From Planctomycetota bacterium (GTDB lineage: Bacteria > Planctomycetota > UBA1135 > UBA2386), in contig CANEYR010000004.1 of NCBI GenBank assembly GCA_947444055.1, positions 39,820 through 103,819 on the forward strand: 64,000 bases of DNA. Reading direction: 5' to 3'. The notes under the pieces were generated by a model. That model was given only the letters and a program-made list of their open reading frames with translations, was not told the DNA's origin and searched no databases. A program made the position numbers and the translations under genes. This document shows, one piece after another, positions 1 to 9,867 of the stretch (position 1 is its first letter; every line of letters begins with the position of its first letter).

Positions 1-1971
1 GGCGGGCGCGTGAATGGCTTTCTACACGTCAGCGACGTGCTGCCAGCCTACGGGCGGCCTGAGTTCATGCTCGATGACGTGATCGAAGGCCGGGCGCGAG
101 TGGACGTCGACGACGGTCCGGAGTCGATGCAGCAGGCTCTTTCCGACGACGACGACGACGACGACGTTGTCGGCGGGCCAAACGATGCGGTACGCGCCGG
201 AGGTGCTGCTGCCGAGCCGGTGGCAGAAGAGTCGAACGTGACGGTCGAAGCGGTCGGCAGCGACGGGGACGTGCAGCCCGTCGACCCCGCCGCGGAGGAA
301 GGCGTGCTGGCTGAGGGTGGCGATGCGGACGAAGACGAAGCGGATGGCGAACTGCCAGACGAGCCGCCCACATCTCCCGAAGGGGTCGATGAACCAGGCG
401 ACGACGGTCCACCAACGCCCGGCAGCGAAGACGATGGCTTTGGCGATGGCATTCATGAGCGGCCGCTCAACATGGCGGCAGCCGGGGGCGACAGCGCGGG
501 TGAAGACCAACCGACCGGGGGCCAAGGTCCTGCTGGCCCAGGAGCAGAGTTGCCGACGGCCGCTCCGGTTGGGCAGCCAGGCCAGCTCAGCCCCGTCGCC
601 CCGGCGGGGGACGGGCAGGGTGGGCCAGGTGGCGACCAGCCCGACCGTCGGCGCAACCGGCGAGGGGCGCCCAATCGCAACGACCGTCGACCGCGCGGGC
701 CGCGCCCGACGATCGACCAACTGTTGCGCAAGGGGCAAGAGGTCGTGGTGCAGATCACGAAGGAGGGCATTGGCAGCAAGGGGCCGACGCTGACCACCTA
801 CGTGTCGCTGCCGGGGCGATGTTTGGTGCTGATGCCGAGCTTGCCGAAGTGTGGCGTGTCCCGGAAAATCGAAGACGGGCGCGAGCGCAAACGGCTGAAG
901 TGCATCGTGCGCGAGCTGGACGAAACGGGCAGCGGTGGCATCGGTTTCATCGTGCGCACGGCGGGCGTCAACAAGAGCCTCGGTGATCTGCAGCGCGATC
1001 GCGACTACCTAAAGAAGATCTGGGAGATGGTGGCGCAGCGCCTGAAGATCACTCGGGCGCCTGCCCTGCTCTATCAAGAGTCTGATCTCGTGCTGAAGGC
1101 GATGCGGGATCAGTTCACCCCGGACATTGCCGACGTCGTGGTTGACTGCGAAGACGTGTTCCTTCGTATCCGCGACTTCGCCGAAAAGCTGATGCCGCAT
1201 ATGGCGGAGCGCATCAAGCAGCACACGATGACGACCCCGCTGTTTCATCACTTCGGTATCGAGAAGGAAGTGGAGGCGCTCTACCAGCCGAAGGTAGATC
1301 TTCAGAACGGCGCTTCGATCGTGATCGATCAGGCCGAGGCTTTGGTCGCCATCGACGTCAACTCTGGCAAGTACAAGGCTGGGGGCGACACCGACGAGAT
1401 GGCCTACCGCACCAATCTCGACGCGATTCCCGAGATCGTGCGGCATCTGCGGCTGCGCGACTTGGGCGGCCTCATCATCATCGACTTCATTGACATGACG
1501 ATCGAGAAGCAGCGGCGAGGCGTTGAGAAGCGCCTGATCGACTCTTTGCGAGGCGATCGAGCCCGCATCAAAGTCGGTCGCATATCCCCGTTCGGCATGC
1601 TTGAGATCACTCGCCAGCGTGTCGGCCCCGGTCTTAAGCGCACGGTGTTCATGCAGTGCCCACACTGCAAGGGTGCCGGTTGGTCGCGCACGGTGCAGAG
1701 CAAGGCCCTCTCCGTGTTGCGCGAGTCGCGGGCGCTGGTCAATTTGAAGGGCTACTCGGTGCTACAGGTGTTCGTGGCGCCGCCAGTTGCCGACTACCTC
1801 ACGAACTACAAGCGGCGCGCTGTGCTCGAACTTGAGGACGCGGTCGGCAAGTCGATCGTGTTCAAGCCCGAGCCGAGCTACCCGATCGACGTGGTGCACT
1901 ACCGTTTCTTGACCGGTGACGGGCAAGAGGCGCGTATCGCGATCCCTGCAGGACTCGGCGTCAAAGCCTGA
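1..1971 (+). CDS. Ribonuclease E/G family protein, 5' end outside the window
   Basis: The frame is open to base 1. S1-domain motif GFLHVSD; catalytic-core motifs QITKEGIGSKGPTLTTYVSLPGRCLVLMP and AIDVNSGKY; Zn-link CPHCKGAG. A long acidic/Pro-rich insert lies between GFLH and LLRKGQ. Confidence 0.9.
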   Translation, partial: GGRVNGFLHVSDVLPAYGRPEFMLDDVIEGRARVDVDDGPESMQQALSDDDDDDDVVGGPNDAVRAGGAAAEPVAEESNVTVEAVGSDGDVQPVDPAAEEGVLAEGGDADEDEADGELPDEPPTSPEGVDEPGDDGPPTPGSEDDGFGDGIHERPLNMAAAGGDSAGEDQPTGGQGPAGPGAELPTAAPVGQPGQLSPVAPAGDGQGGPGGDQPDRRRNRRGAPNRNDRRPRGPRPTIDQLLRKGQEVVVQITKEGIGSKGPTLTTYVSLPGRCLVLMPSLPKCGVSRKIEDGRERKRLKCIVRELDETGSGGIGFIVRTAGVNKSLGDLQRDRDYLKKIWEMVAQRLKITRAPALLYQESDLVLKAMRDQFTPDIADVVVDCEDVFLRIRDFAEKLMPHMAERIKQHTMTTPLFHHFGIEKEVEALYQPKVDLQNGASIVIDQAEALVAIDVNSGKYKAGGDTDEMAYRTNLDAIPEIVRHLRLRDLGGLIIIDFIDMTIEKQRRGVEKRLIDSLRGDRARIKVGRISPFGMLEITRQRVGPGLKRTVFMQCPHCKGAGWSRTVQSKALSVLRESRALVNLKGYSVLQVFVAPPVADYLTNYKRRAVLELEDAVGKSIVFKPEPSYPIDVVHYRFLTGDGQEARIAIPAGLGVKA

Positions 1972-2104
1972 TGCCGGCCCGATTCTGACGGCGCGATGTC
2001 GGCGGGCGGATGGCTCGCTGGTCGTCATCGCGCGAAAGTGCTGCTTGAATTGCTGCGACCCGCAGCTATCGTCCCCGCCCCTAACTTCCGCCTTGAGTGC
2101 TGCT

Positions 2105-2419
2105 ATGTACGCCGTTCTCGACGATCGCAACCAGCAGTACCGGGTTCAACCCGGTGACCGCATCCAAATCCACCTCCGCCATGACGCCGCTGAAGGCGAC
2201 ACGGTCACTTTCGACAAGGTCTGCCTCGTGGGAGGTGAGGGTGTCGGCAAAGTCGGCACGCCTTTCGTCTCTGGCGCTTCGGTGACCGGCAAGGTCGTCC
2301 GGCAGCTCAAGGGGCCGAAGATCACGATTGGCAAGTACCGTCGGCGCAAGAACAGTCGTCGGCGCACTGGCTTCCGCGCCCAGTTCACGGTTGTGCAAAT
2401 CGAAGCGATCAACGGCTGA
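2105..2419 (+). CDS. rplU: 50S ribosomal protein L21
   Basis: MYAVLDDRNQQYRVQPGD...KYRRRKNSRRRTGFRAQFT is a typical L21. ATG at 2105 lies inside the longer track ORF 1916..2419. Confidence 0.95.
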   Translation: MYAVLDDRNQQYRVQPGDRIQIHLRHDAAEGDTVTFDKVCLVGGEGVGKVGTPFVSGASVTGKVVRQLKGPKITIGKYRRRKNSRRRTGFRAQFTVVQIEAING

Positions 2420-2424
2420 GAGCT

Positions 2425-2454
2425 AGCAAGCCAACTCGCAGCAAGCCAACTCGC
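2425..2454 (+). repeat. Perfect 15-bp tandem duplication (agcaagccaactcgc x2) in the rplU-rpmA spacer
   Basis: Read directly: 2425-2439 is identical to 2440-2454. A partial echo, caactcgca, follows downstream. Confidence 0.9.
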
Positions 2455-2504
2455 TGCAACCACACCTTCGCACTCAACTCGCATCAGGACATTAGGAGCA
2501 TCCC

Positions 2505-2759
2505 ATGGCACATAAGATGGGTCAGGGCTCGACGCAGAACGGTCGAGACAGCAATCCCCAATACCGCGGCGTCAAGGCCTATGGCGGCCAGCGCGTGAAG
2601 TCGGGGTCGATCATCGTTCGTCAAGTCGGCACCAAGTTTCGTGCTGGCCTCAATGTTCGTCGCGGTGGCGACGACACATTGTTCGCAGTGGCGCCGGGCA
2701 TCGTGCGGTTCCAGAGCAACGGTAAGGTTCACGTCGATCCGGCCGAAGCGACCAGCTGA
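2505..2759 (+). CDS. rpmA: 50S ribosomal protein L27
   Basis: [24 protein letters not shown]...GTKFRAG is the L27 signature. rplU-rpmA-obg synteny. Confidence 0.97.
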   Translation: MAHKMGQGSTQNGRDSNPQYRGVKAYGGQRVKSGSIIVRQVGTKFRAGLNVRRGGDDTLFAVAPGIVRFQSNGKVHVDPAEATS

Positions 2760-2848
2760 TCAAAGCGGTTGACGCGGATTCGGGCAGGTGGCCCTCAACT
2801 TGGTGGCCCCTTTGAGTCCAGCTTTGGCTGAGTTCTCAACCCTTTTCC

Positions 2849-3856
2849 ATGTTTGTCGACGAACTTGAGATCCACGTAGCGGCCGGCAAGGGCGGCAGTG
2901 GCATTATTTGCTTTCTCCGCGACGCGAAGACGTTGCGGGGTGGTCCCAATGGCGGTGACGGCGGCGATGGCGGCGACATCGTGTTGTTGCCGACGACGCA
3001 CTGCAACACGCTGTTCAATCTGACCGGGAGAGGCACCTTCGCCGCCCCCAACGGCGGCCAAGGGCTGCCGCAGAACTGCGGCGGCAAGGATGCCGAAGAC
3101 ATGGTCATTGAAGTGCCTGTTGGCACGCAGGTCTTGGACGCCAGTCGGGGCAACCTGCTGCAAGACCTGGACACCGCGGATCGACCGTGGGTGCTGGCAC
3201 GCGGTGGCCATGGCGGTCGCGGGAATACGCACTTCGCAACTTCCACTCGTCGCACGCCGCGCATTGCGGAGCCGGGCAAACTCGGCGAAGAGCGCCGAGT
3301 CTTGCTCAGCCTGAAGCTGATCGCGGATGTCGGTTTGTTGGGGCTGCCCAACGCGGGCAAGTCGACGCTGCTGGCCACGCTCACCAAGGCGCGGCCAAAG
3401 ATCGCTGGCTACCCCTTCACTACGCTTGAGCCAATCCTTGGCATCGCCCAGGGGCCCGGCGAAGGCACGTTTGTCATTGCGGATATCCCGGGACTCATCG
3501 AAGGTGCTAGCCAGGGCAAGGGGCTCGGCGACAAGTTCCTGAAGCATGTCGAACGCACGCGGCTCTTGCTGCATCTCGTCGACTGCGGCGACTTGCCGTT
3601 GGCCGAGCCGGCTGAGGCGTGGCAGGTGGTTAGGCGAGAGTTGGCGGAGCACTCGCAGGCGCTTGCCGAGCGGCCGACAATGGTGGTGGCGACCAAGATC
3701 GAAGACCAAGCCGGCAAGGCCCGCGCGCAAGCTCTAGCGACTGCGATTGGTCACCCTGTGTTAGCGATTTCGAGTGCAACCGGGGCTGGCTTGCGTGACT
3801 TGACACTGGCCGTGTGGTCGATGTTGTCGCAGCTTCCGCCGCCTTTCCGCGGCTGA
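2849..3856 (+). CDS. obg: GTPase Obg/CgtA
   Basis: MFVDELEIHVAAGKGGSG...GGPNGGDGGDGGDI is the Obg fold. G motifs GLPNAGKST and DIPGLIEGA. Confidence 0.95.
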   Translation: MFVDELEIHVAAGKGGSGIICFLRDAKTLRGGPNGGDGGDGGDIVLLPTTHCNTLFNLTGRGTFAAPNGGQGLPQNCGGKDAEDMVIEVPVGTQVLDASRGNLLQDLDTADRPWVLARGGHGGRGNTHFATSTRRTPRIAEPGKLGEERRVLLSLKLIADVGLLGLPNAGKSTLLATLTKARPKIAGYPFTTLEPILGIAQGPGEGTFVIADIPGLIEGASQGKGLGDKFLKHVERTRLLLHLVDCGDLPLAEPAEAWQVVRRELAEHSQALAERPTMVVATKIEDQAGKARAQALATAIGHPVLAISSATGAGLRDLTLAVWSMLSQLPPPFRG

Positions 3857-3919
3857 GATCCGATTCGAGCCGGGCGTTGTTGAAGGGCACTCGTGGGCGA
3901 TCGTCAGCGCTGCCGATAG

Positions 3920-5110
3920 GTGCTGCGGAGGACACCCGTGACGAGTCCGAATCTGCCACCTAGCCCTGCTCCTATCGCGACGACGCCATCAGGCGTCTTG
4001 CAGACCAACCGCCTGCCCAAACTGCGCGACTTCTTGCGCATCATGGTCAAGGAGAACGCGTCGGACTTGGTGCTCAAGACCAATGGCTGTCCAGCGGTTC
4101 GAGTTGCCGGGGTCATTCGGTTCCTTGGGGACCAACCGTTGCCCCCAGAATTGATGCGCTCGTTCCTCGACGAGGTGCTGAGCGAGCGCCTGCGCGGCGA
4201 GTTTGAGAAGGCGGGTGCCGCCGATACTGCTGTGGCGATGCCTGGTGTTGGCCGCTTCCGCTGCAATGCGTTCCACCAGTGCGGCGAACTTGGGTTGGTG
4301 TTCCGTGCGATCAAGAGCGAGATCCCGTCGTTCAAGGACCTCAACTTGCCGGTGGATCCGCTGAAGCGGCTGGCTTCACTCAAGCGCGGACTCGTGCTCG
4401 CGACCGGTATCGCTGGCTCAGGTAAGTCGACCACGCTCGCATCGATGGTGGAGTACGTCAACCGGACGATGAACAAGCACATCGTCACCATCGAGGATCC
4501 GATCGAGTTCCGCTTCGAGGACAAACGATCGATCGTCAACCAACGCGAAGTCGGCGTTGACGTCTCCAGCTTTGCTTCGGCGCTGCGCCAAGCGCTGCGT
4601 CAATCCCCTGATGTCATCCTGATCGGCGAGATGCGAGATGCCGAGACTGTTTCCGCTGCCATCTCCGCTGCCGAGACCGGCCACTTGGTGTTCTCGACGT
4701 TGCATACGGTGAATGCCGTGCAGACTGTGGAGCGCATCATCACGTTCTTCCCGCCGCACCAGCACGAACTCGTTCGACTGCAGTTGGCGTTGAATCTTGC
4801 GGGTGTGTGTTCACTGCGCTTGGTGAAAAACAAGGATGGCACCGCGATGGTGCCTGCGGTTGAGCTGCTCATCAACACCCCGACCGTGCGCGAGTTGCTC
4901 GAGCAAGGGCACACGCGGTTGTTGCCGAAGGCGCTGGCCGAGGGCAGCTACTACGGCACCATGACGTTCAACCAATCGCTGATCCGCCTCTTCCAAGCTG
5001 GCAACATCAGCCTGGAAGACGCTCTTGCCGCGTCCGACAACCCAGACGATCTGAAGATGCAGATGCGCGGCATCACGCAGGGATCGATGGCGCGCCCCGG
5101 CGCGCAGTAG
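3920..5110 (+). CDS. pilT: PilT-family type IV pilus retraction ATPase; start uncertain (GTG 3920 or 3938)
   Basis: ASDLVLKTNGCPAVRV, Walker A GIAGSGKSTT, IVTIEDPIEF, ALRQSPDVILIGEMRD and GHLVFSTLHT. Confidence 0.85.
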   Translation: MLRRTPVTSPNLPPSPAPIATTPSGVLQTNRLPKLRDFLRIMVKENASDLVLKTNGCPAVRVAGVIRFLGDQPLPPELMRSFLDEVLSERLRGEFEKAGAADTAVAMPGVGRFRCNAFHQCGELGLVFRAIKSEIPSFKDLNLPVDPLKRLASLKRGLVLATGIAGSGKSTTLASMVEYVNRTMNKHIVTIEDPIEFRFEDKRSIVNQREVGVDVSSFASALRQALRQSPDVILIGEMRDAETVSAAISAAETGHLVFSTLHTVNAVQTVERIITFFPPHQHELVRLQLALNLAGVCSLRLVKNKDGTAMVPAVELLINTPTVRELLEQGHTRLLPKALAEGSYYGTMTFNQSLIRLFQAGNISLEDALAASDNPDDLKMQMRGITQGSMARPGAQ

Positions 5111-5167
5111 TCACGCGTTCGCGCCCGCGTGGTGTTTCCAAATGGTGCCAGCTAGGCTGTGCGCGCC

Positions 5168-7129
5168 ATGGATCGCCTGCGTACGTTCGGCATCGTGGCC
5201 CACATTGACGCGGGGAAGACCACGCTCACGGAGCGGATCCTGTTCGATACGGGAACGCAGAGCTGGATCGGCAACGTCGACGACGGCACGGCGGCTATGG
5301 ATTGGCTGCCAGCGGAACGCAGTCGTGGGATCTCGATCACGGCCGCGGCTACGCGGGTGCTGTGGGGGGATCATGTGTTGCAGCTGGTCGATACCCCCGG
5401 CCACATCGACTTTGTCGCCGAGGTCGAGCGTTGCCTGCACGTCCTGGATGGCGTGGTGGTGGTAGTCGATGCGGTGCGCGGCGTGGAATCGCAGACAGAA
5501 GCTGTGTGGCAGCAGGCCGCGGGTCGAGGCCTGCCGCGGTTGGTGTTCGTCAACAAGCTCGACCGACCTGGTGCTGACTTCCACGCGGTGGTGGCCGAGT
5601 TGGCCGAGAGCCTCGATTGCAATGCCGTGCCGATCGTAGTGCCATTGGTCGATGCCGAGCGCGGGTTTGTGGGCCTCTGCCATGCATTGACTGGTGCCGT
5701 GCAGTGGTTCCAGGGCACGCCATCAGAGGAGCAGGGGCGGTGGATCGCCGTCGAGGTCGCCGCGGCCCACGACCGGGTGCTTGAGGTCGCTGTCGACGTT
5801 GACGATGCGATCATGGCCGATGCCCTAGCTGGCCGACGGGTGAGTGAGGAACGTCTCGTCCAAGCGTTGCGACCGGAATTTCTGGCGAGTCGTCTGGTTC
5901 CGGTTCTGGCCGGAGCGGCGCTTTGGAATCAGGGTGTTGATTGGCTGCTCGATGCGGTAGTCGCCTGGTTTCCAGGGCTGCCGGAGTTGTCGCGTCAGGG
6001 CCTCTGGGCAGTTGATCGTGCAGGTGACGACGCCGCGCCGTTTTGCGGGTTGGTGTTCAAAGTGCAGCACGTCGACAGCGTTTGGAACTTCGTTCGCGTC
6101 GTGCGCGGCATGGTGCACCTTGGGTCGAAGTGGACGCGAGGCCGCCAGCCAGGTGAGGTTCACGTGGTGGCTGACCTTTGGCACGTTCGTGCCGACCGAC
6201 ACCATTCCGTAGAGCGGGCCGGACCTGGTGAAATCGTAGTCGTGCCGGGGGAGCTTGGGCTGCGCACGGGCGACACGCTTTGCGACCCCGGTGCCGTCGT
6301 TGTGCTCAATGCGCCAAGGTTTCCGGCGCCTGTGCTGGCAGTGGCCTTCGAGCCAGAGTTCGCGGTGGACATTGGCAGGTTGGTCGTCGTTCTGCGGCAG
6401 TTGGCTGTCGACGACCCGACTTTGCGCGTCGATCGGGACACAAACCGCGTACTCGTGCGGGGCATGGGTGAGTTGCACCTGGACGTGGTCGCCGATCTTG
6501 TGCGCGCGCGCACAGGGGTGGCGTTCCAGTGCTCGCGGCCCCAAGTGAATCGGCGGGAGTCGGTCGCGTTGGCAGGGTCGGGAAGTGCCGAGGTGCGCGC
6601 AGTGGTCGCTGGCCAGGAGAGATTTGCCCGGTGCGAGGTCGCGATCGAGCCAACCGACGATCCCGGGCCGGCGCACTTGCGAACGGACCTGCCCCCACAT
6701 GTAGCAAGCGCGGCAGTCGAGGAGTTGCAGTCGCGACTCGCGTGCGGCGTGCAAGTGGGTGCCATGCACGGCTGCCGCGTGACCTTGCGTTCGTGTGCGC
6801 ACGACGGTGGGGTGATCGGCGAACCCTTGCTCCAACAGGCCGCGGGCAAGGCGTTGGCACTGGCGATCGTGCAGGCCGGGCTTGTGGTCTTAGAGCCCTG
6901 GGTAGCCGTGGAGGTGCTCTGTCCCCAGGACAGCACCGCACCTGTCATCGCGGATCTGGGTGCCCGTGGCGCTGACATCGGTGGCGTTGCCGCGGGGAGA
7001 TTGGGGGCGCGCGTGTTGGCGAGGGCGCCGCTGGCGCGCATGCTAGGCTATGTGACGAAGTTGCGCTCGATGACCAAGGGGCGCGGCCAGGTCTTCCTGC
7101 GACCTACGGGCTACCGTCCCTCGCCGTGA
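5168..7129 (+). CDS. Elongation factor G-like GTPase (EF-G paralog, about 653 aa)
   Basis: AHIDAGKTTLTERILF, DGTAAMDWLPAERSRGISIT, DTPGHIDFVAEVERCLHVLDG and VNKLDRPGADF. Shorter and more divergent than canonical FusA. Confidence 0.85.
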   Translation: MDRLRTFGIVAHIDAGKTTLTERILFDTGTQSWIGNVDDGTAAMDWLPAERSRGISITAAATRVLWGDHVLQLVDTPGHIDFVAEVERCLHVLDGVVVVVDAVRGVESQTEAVWQQAAGRGLPRLVFVNKLDRPGADFHAVVAELAESLDCNAVPIVVPLVDAERGFVGLCHALTGAVQWFQGTPSEEQGRWIAVEVAAAHDRVLEVAVDVDDAIMADALAGRRVSEERLVQALRPEFLASRLVPVLAGAALWNQGVDWLLDAVVAWFPGLPELSRQGLWAVDRAGDDAAPFCGLVFKVQHVDSVWNFVRVVRGMVHLGSKWTRGRQPGEVHVVADLWHVRADRHHSVERAGPGEIVVVPGELGLRTGDTLCDPGAVVVLNAPRFPAPVLAVAFEPEFAVDIGRLVVVLRQLAVDDPTLRVDRDTNRVLVRGMGELHLDVVADLVRARTGVAFQCSRPQVNRRESVALAGSGSAEVRAVVAGQERFARCEVAIEPTDDPGPAHLRTDLPPHVASAAVEELQSRLACGVQVGAMHGCRVTLRSCAHDGGVIGEPLLQQAAGKALALAIVQAGLVVLEPWVAVEVLCPQDSTAPVIADLGARGADIGGVAAGRLGARVLARAPLARMLGYVTKLRSMTKGRGQVFLRPTGYRPSP

Positions 7130-7188
7130 CGGACCCAGCGAAGGCTTGGTTTTCAGCACGAATCGTAGGATTTTAGCCAGCTGCGAGC

Positions 7189-7217
7189 TTGACGATGGCG
7201 GCACAGATCGCTACCTT
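7189..7217 (+). promoter_or_regulatory. Candidate sigma70-type promoter upstream of rpsJ
   Basis: TTGACG (7189-7194), a 17-nt spacer, then TACCTT (7212-7217), about 145 nt upstream of the rpsJ ATG. Sequence pattern only. Confidence 0.3.
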
Positions 7218-7362
7218 GCCACCCCGCTTGCGCTCCAGGGAGCACATCATTTGATGTAACCCCTAGCCGCGCAGAAGCTTACGCAGAAGCACTGCCGCGT
7301 TGGTGGGGCTGATGCGATGACTCGCCAAAACGAACACCGCCGACACAACCGGCTTGACTGAC

Positions 7363-7668
7363 ATGCAAGAGCGAATCCAGATCCGGATGGAGGCCTACGA
7401 CCACGAGGCTCTCGATCAAGCTGCGCTCGACATTGTTGAGACCAGCAAGCGAACGGGCGCGCGTGTTGCCGGGCCAGTGCCCTTGCCGACGCGAATCGAG
7501 CGCTACACGGTGCTTCGTTCGCCTCACATCGACAAGAAGAGTCGCGAGCAGTTCGAGATTCGCACGCACAAGCGCTTGATCTACATCTCGGAGCCGACGA
7601 CCAAGACGGTTGACGCTCTCAGTAAGTTGAACATGCCGGCTGGCGTGGACATTCGCATCAAGGCCTGA
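7363..7668 (+). CDS. rpsJ: 30S ribosomal protein S10
   Basis: [18 protein letters not shown]...[33 protein letters not shown]. Confidence 0.97.
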   Translation: MQERIQIRMEAYDHEALDQAALDIVETSKRTGARVAGPVPLPTRIERYTVLRSPHIDKKSREQFEIRTHKRLIYISEPTTKTVDALSKLNMPAGVDIRIKA

Positions 7669-7721
7669 TCTGCGCCATTGCCGCAGCGCGCCACCCACAC
7701 ACTGCTATCAGTCAGCTGAAC

Positions 7722-8351
7722 ATGGTCGACGTCAAAGTCTTGCACAGTGGAGCCATCGCGACCAAGAGGGTCGACGAGGCCACCTTTGGCACGAAGGTTC
7801 TTGGGCGCACGCTCAAGGATGCCATCGTCATGTATGAGGCGAATGCGCGGCAAGGAACCGTGCAGGCTCGCACTCGTGCAATGGTTAGGGGGCCTAACAA
7901 GAAGCTTTGGCCGCAGAAGCACACTGGTCGCGCCCGTATGGGCACGCCCAAGTCGCCCCTGTGGCGCGGCGGTGGTCGAATTCACCCGCCAGAGCCGCGC
8001 GATCATGGCTATGCGATGCCCAAGCAGGCGCGCCGGGTCGCCTTGCGTAATGCGCTGTTCACCAAATTCAGAGATAGCGAAGTCGCTATCGCGGATGGTT
8101 GGCCAGTCGGCAAGCCCAATACCAAGTCGGCGGTTGGCGTTTTGGCGCAGCTTGGCATGGGCGGTAGCGCCACGGTTGTGACCGTTGACGTGGACCGCAA
8201 CCTCTGTCTCTCGCTGCGCAACGTTCCGCTCGTGGATGTTTGCACGGTGGCTGACCTGAATACGCGTCAGGTCTTGCTGCGCCGCTACTTGGTTCTGACC
8301 CCGGCCGCTTTCGCTTCGCTTGAGCAGCGCTTCGCGAAGAAGGAATCGTGA
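7722..8351 (+). CDS. rplD: 50S ribosomal protein L4
   Basis: KLWPQKHTGRARMGTPKSPLWRGGGRIHPPEPRD is the L4 signature. It directly follows rpsJ, with no rplC between them. Confidence 0.95.
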   Translation: MVDVKVLHSGAIATKRVDEATFGTKVLGRTLKDAIVMYEANARQGTVQARTRAMVRGPNKKLWPQKHTGRARMGTPKSPLWRGGGRIHPPEPRDHGYAMPKQARRVALRNALFTKFRDSEVAIADGWPVGKPNTKSAVGVLAQLGMGGSATVVTVDVDRNLCLSLRNVPLVDVCTVADLNTRQVLLRRYLVLTPAAFASLEQRFAKKES

Positions 8352-8352
8352 G

Positions 8353-8643
8353 ATGGCAAACCCAGCCCAGTACTACAATGTCGTGCGCCGCCCAGTCATC
8401 ACCGAGAAGTCGGCCTCGATGCAGGCGATGCGCAACCAGTTCACCTTCGAAGTTGCGGGCAGTTCCAACAAGGTCGAGGTGAAGAAGGCGATCGAGACGC
8501 TGTTCTCGGTCAAGGTCGTCAAGGTCAATATGGTTGGGGTTCCCGGTAAGGCGCGGCGCACATTGGGTCGCCCTGGCGAAACCAAGCCATGGAAGAAGGC
8601 GGTTGTCACCCTGCGTAAGGGCGACTCGATCGACGTTTCCTAG
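8353..8643 (+). CDS. rplW: 50S ribosomal protein L23
   Basis: VVRRPVITEKSA...FEVAGSSNKVEVKKAIETLFSVKV. ATG at 8353 follows AAGGAA. Confidence 0.95.
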   Translation: MANPAQYYNVVRRPVITEKSASMQAMRNQFTFEVAGSSNKVEVKKAIETLFSVKVVKVNMVGVPGKARRTLGRPGETKPWKKAVVTLRKGDSIDVS

Positions 8644-8684
8644 TCGCACTGATCGTCACCGACGCACTCCTCCTAGAGATCGCA

Positions 8685-9545
8685 ATGCCTGTCAAGATCT
8701 ACCAACCAACGTCTGCCGGCCGACGCAACTCGTCCGTGCTGGACTTCAGCCACCTGACGAAGGGTAAGCGCCCTGAAAAAGCGCTGACGGAGCGAATCGC
8801 GGATCGTGCCGGTCGTGACGCCCTGGGGCACATTACTAGCCGCTTCCGTGGTGGTGGAGCTCGGCGCATCTATCGCAAAGTGGACTTCCTTCGTACGAGG
8901 GATGGTGTACCGGCGGTTGTCAACGCAATTGAATACGACCCGAATCGCACCGCCGACCTCGCCCTGCTTTTTTACGCCGACGGCGACAAGCGCTACATTC
9001 TGGCTCCCAAGGGGCTGACTGTAGGGATGAAGGTTGTGTCCGGCGATCGCTGTGATCCCGAAGTTGGCAACTGCATGCGCCTTGACGCCATTCCGCTTGG
9101 TCTGCAGGTTCACAACGTGGAGTTGCAGCCGGGGCGTGGTGGTCAGATTGCCCGGTCGGCCGGAAACTCATGTCAGTTGATGGCTCGGGACGGGGAGTAT
9201 GCCGTTCTGGTCATGCCGTCGGGCGAGATGCGCAAGGTTCACAGCAATTGCCGCGCGACGATCGGTGAGATCGGAAACGTCGATTGGCAAAACATTCGTT
9301 GGGGCAAGGCTGGCCGCGTTCGGCACATGGGTCGTCGCCCGCACAATCGTGGCACGGCTCAGAATCCAGTTTCGCACCCGATGGGTGGCGGTGAAGGCCG
9401 AACCGGCGGCGGTCGCCATCCTTGCTCCCCAACCGGTCTGTTGGCCAAGGGCGGCAAGACCCGTCGTGGCAAGGCCCGCAGTAATCAATTCATCCTCCGG
9501 CGCCGTCCGCCGGGCAAGCACGTCGCCGTGGGTAGCGGTTCGTGA
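8685..9545 (+). CDS. rplB: 50S ribosomal protein L2
   Basis: RNSSVLDF...[13 protein letters not shown]...[17 protein letters not shown]. Confidence 0.97.
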   Translation: MPVKIYQPTSAGRRNSSVLDFSHLTKGKRPEKALTERIADRAGRDALGHITSRFRGGGARRIYRKVDFLRTRDGVPAVVNAIEYDPNRTADLALLFYADGDKRYILAPKGLTVGMKVVSGDRCDPEVGNCMRLDAIPLGLQVHNVELQPGRGGQIARSAGNSCQLMARDGEYAVLVMPSGEMRKVHSNCRATIGEIGNVDWQNIRWGKAGRVRHMGRRPHNRGTAQNPVSHPMGGGEGRTGGGRHPCSPTGLLAKGGKTRRGKARSNQFILRRRPPGKHVAVGSGS

Positions 9546-9588
9546 TGACTCCCATGGCAAGCAAGCACCAGGCGGTAGGAGATTCGCG

Positions 9589-9867
9589 ATGAGCCGAAGT
9601 ATCAAGAAAGGCCCGTTCGTCCACCCGAAACTGATGAAGAAGGTGGCAACGATGAACCAGAAGGGTGTCAAGGAGCCCATTCAGACATGGTCCCGACCGA
9701 GCGTGATCCTGCCTGAGTTTGTTGGGCACACCTTCAACGTGCACAACGGTCGTGCCTTCCTCAAGGTGTACGTGACCGAGGACATGGTCGGACACCGGCT
9801 TGGCGAGTTCGCTCCCACGCGCACGTTCCGAGGGCACTCAACGAAGAGGGTGGAGGAAGCGAAATGA
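9589..9867 (+). CDS. rpsS: 30S ribosomal protein S19
   Basis: [15 protein letters not shown]...[37 protein letters not shown]. Internal ATG of track ORF 9199..9867. Confidence 0.96.
   Translation: MSRSIKKGPFVHPKLMKKVATMNQKGVKEPIQTWSRPSVILPEFVGHTFNVHNGRAFLKVYVTEDMVGHRLGEFAPTRTFRGHSTKRVEEAK

Noticed and set aside
7786-7802. TGGCAC-N5-TTCT match inside rplD, considered as a sigma-54 promoter
   Set aside because: It lies inside a highly conserved coding region, the -12 element is imperfect, and no downstream gene start needs it.
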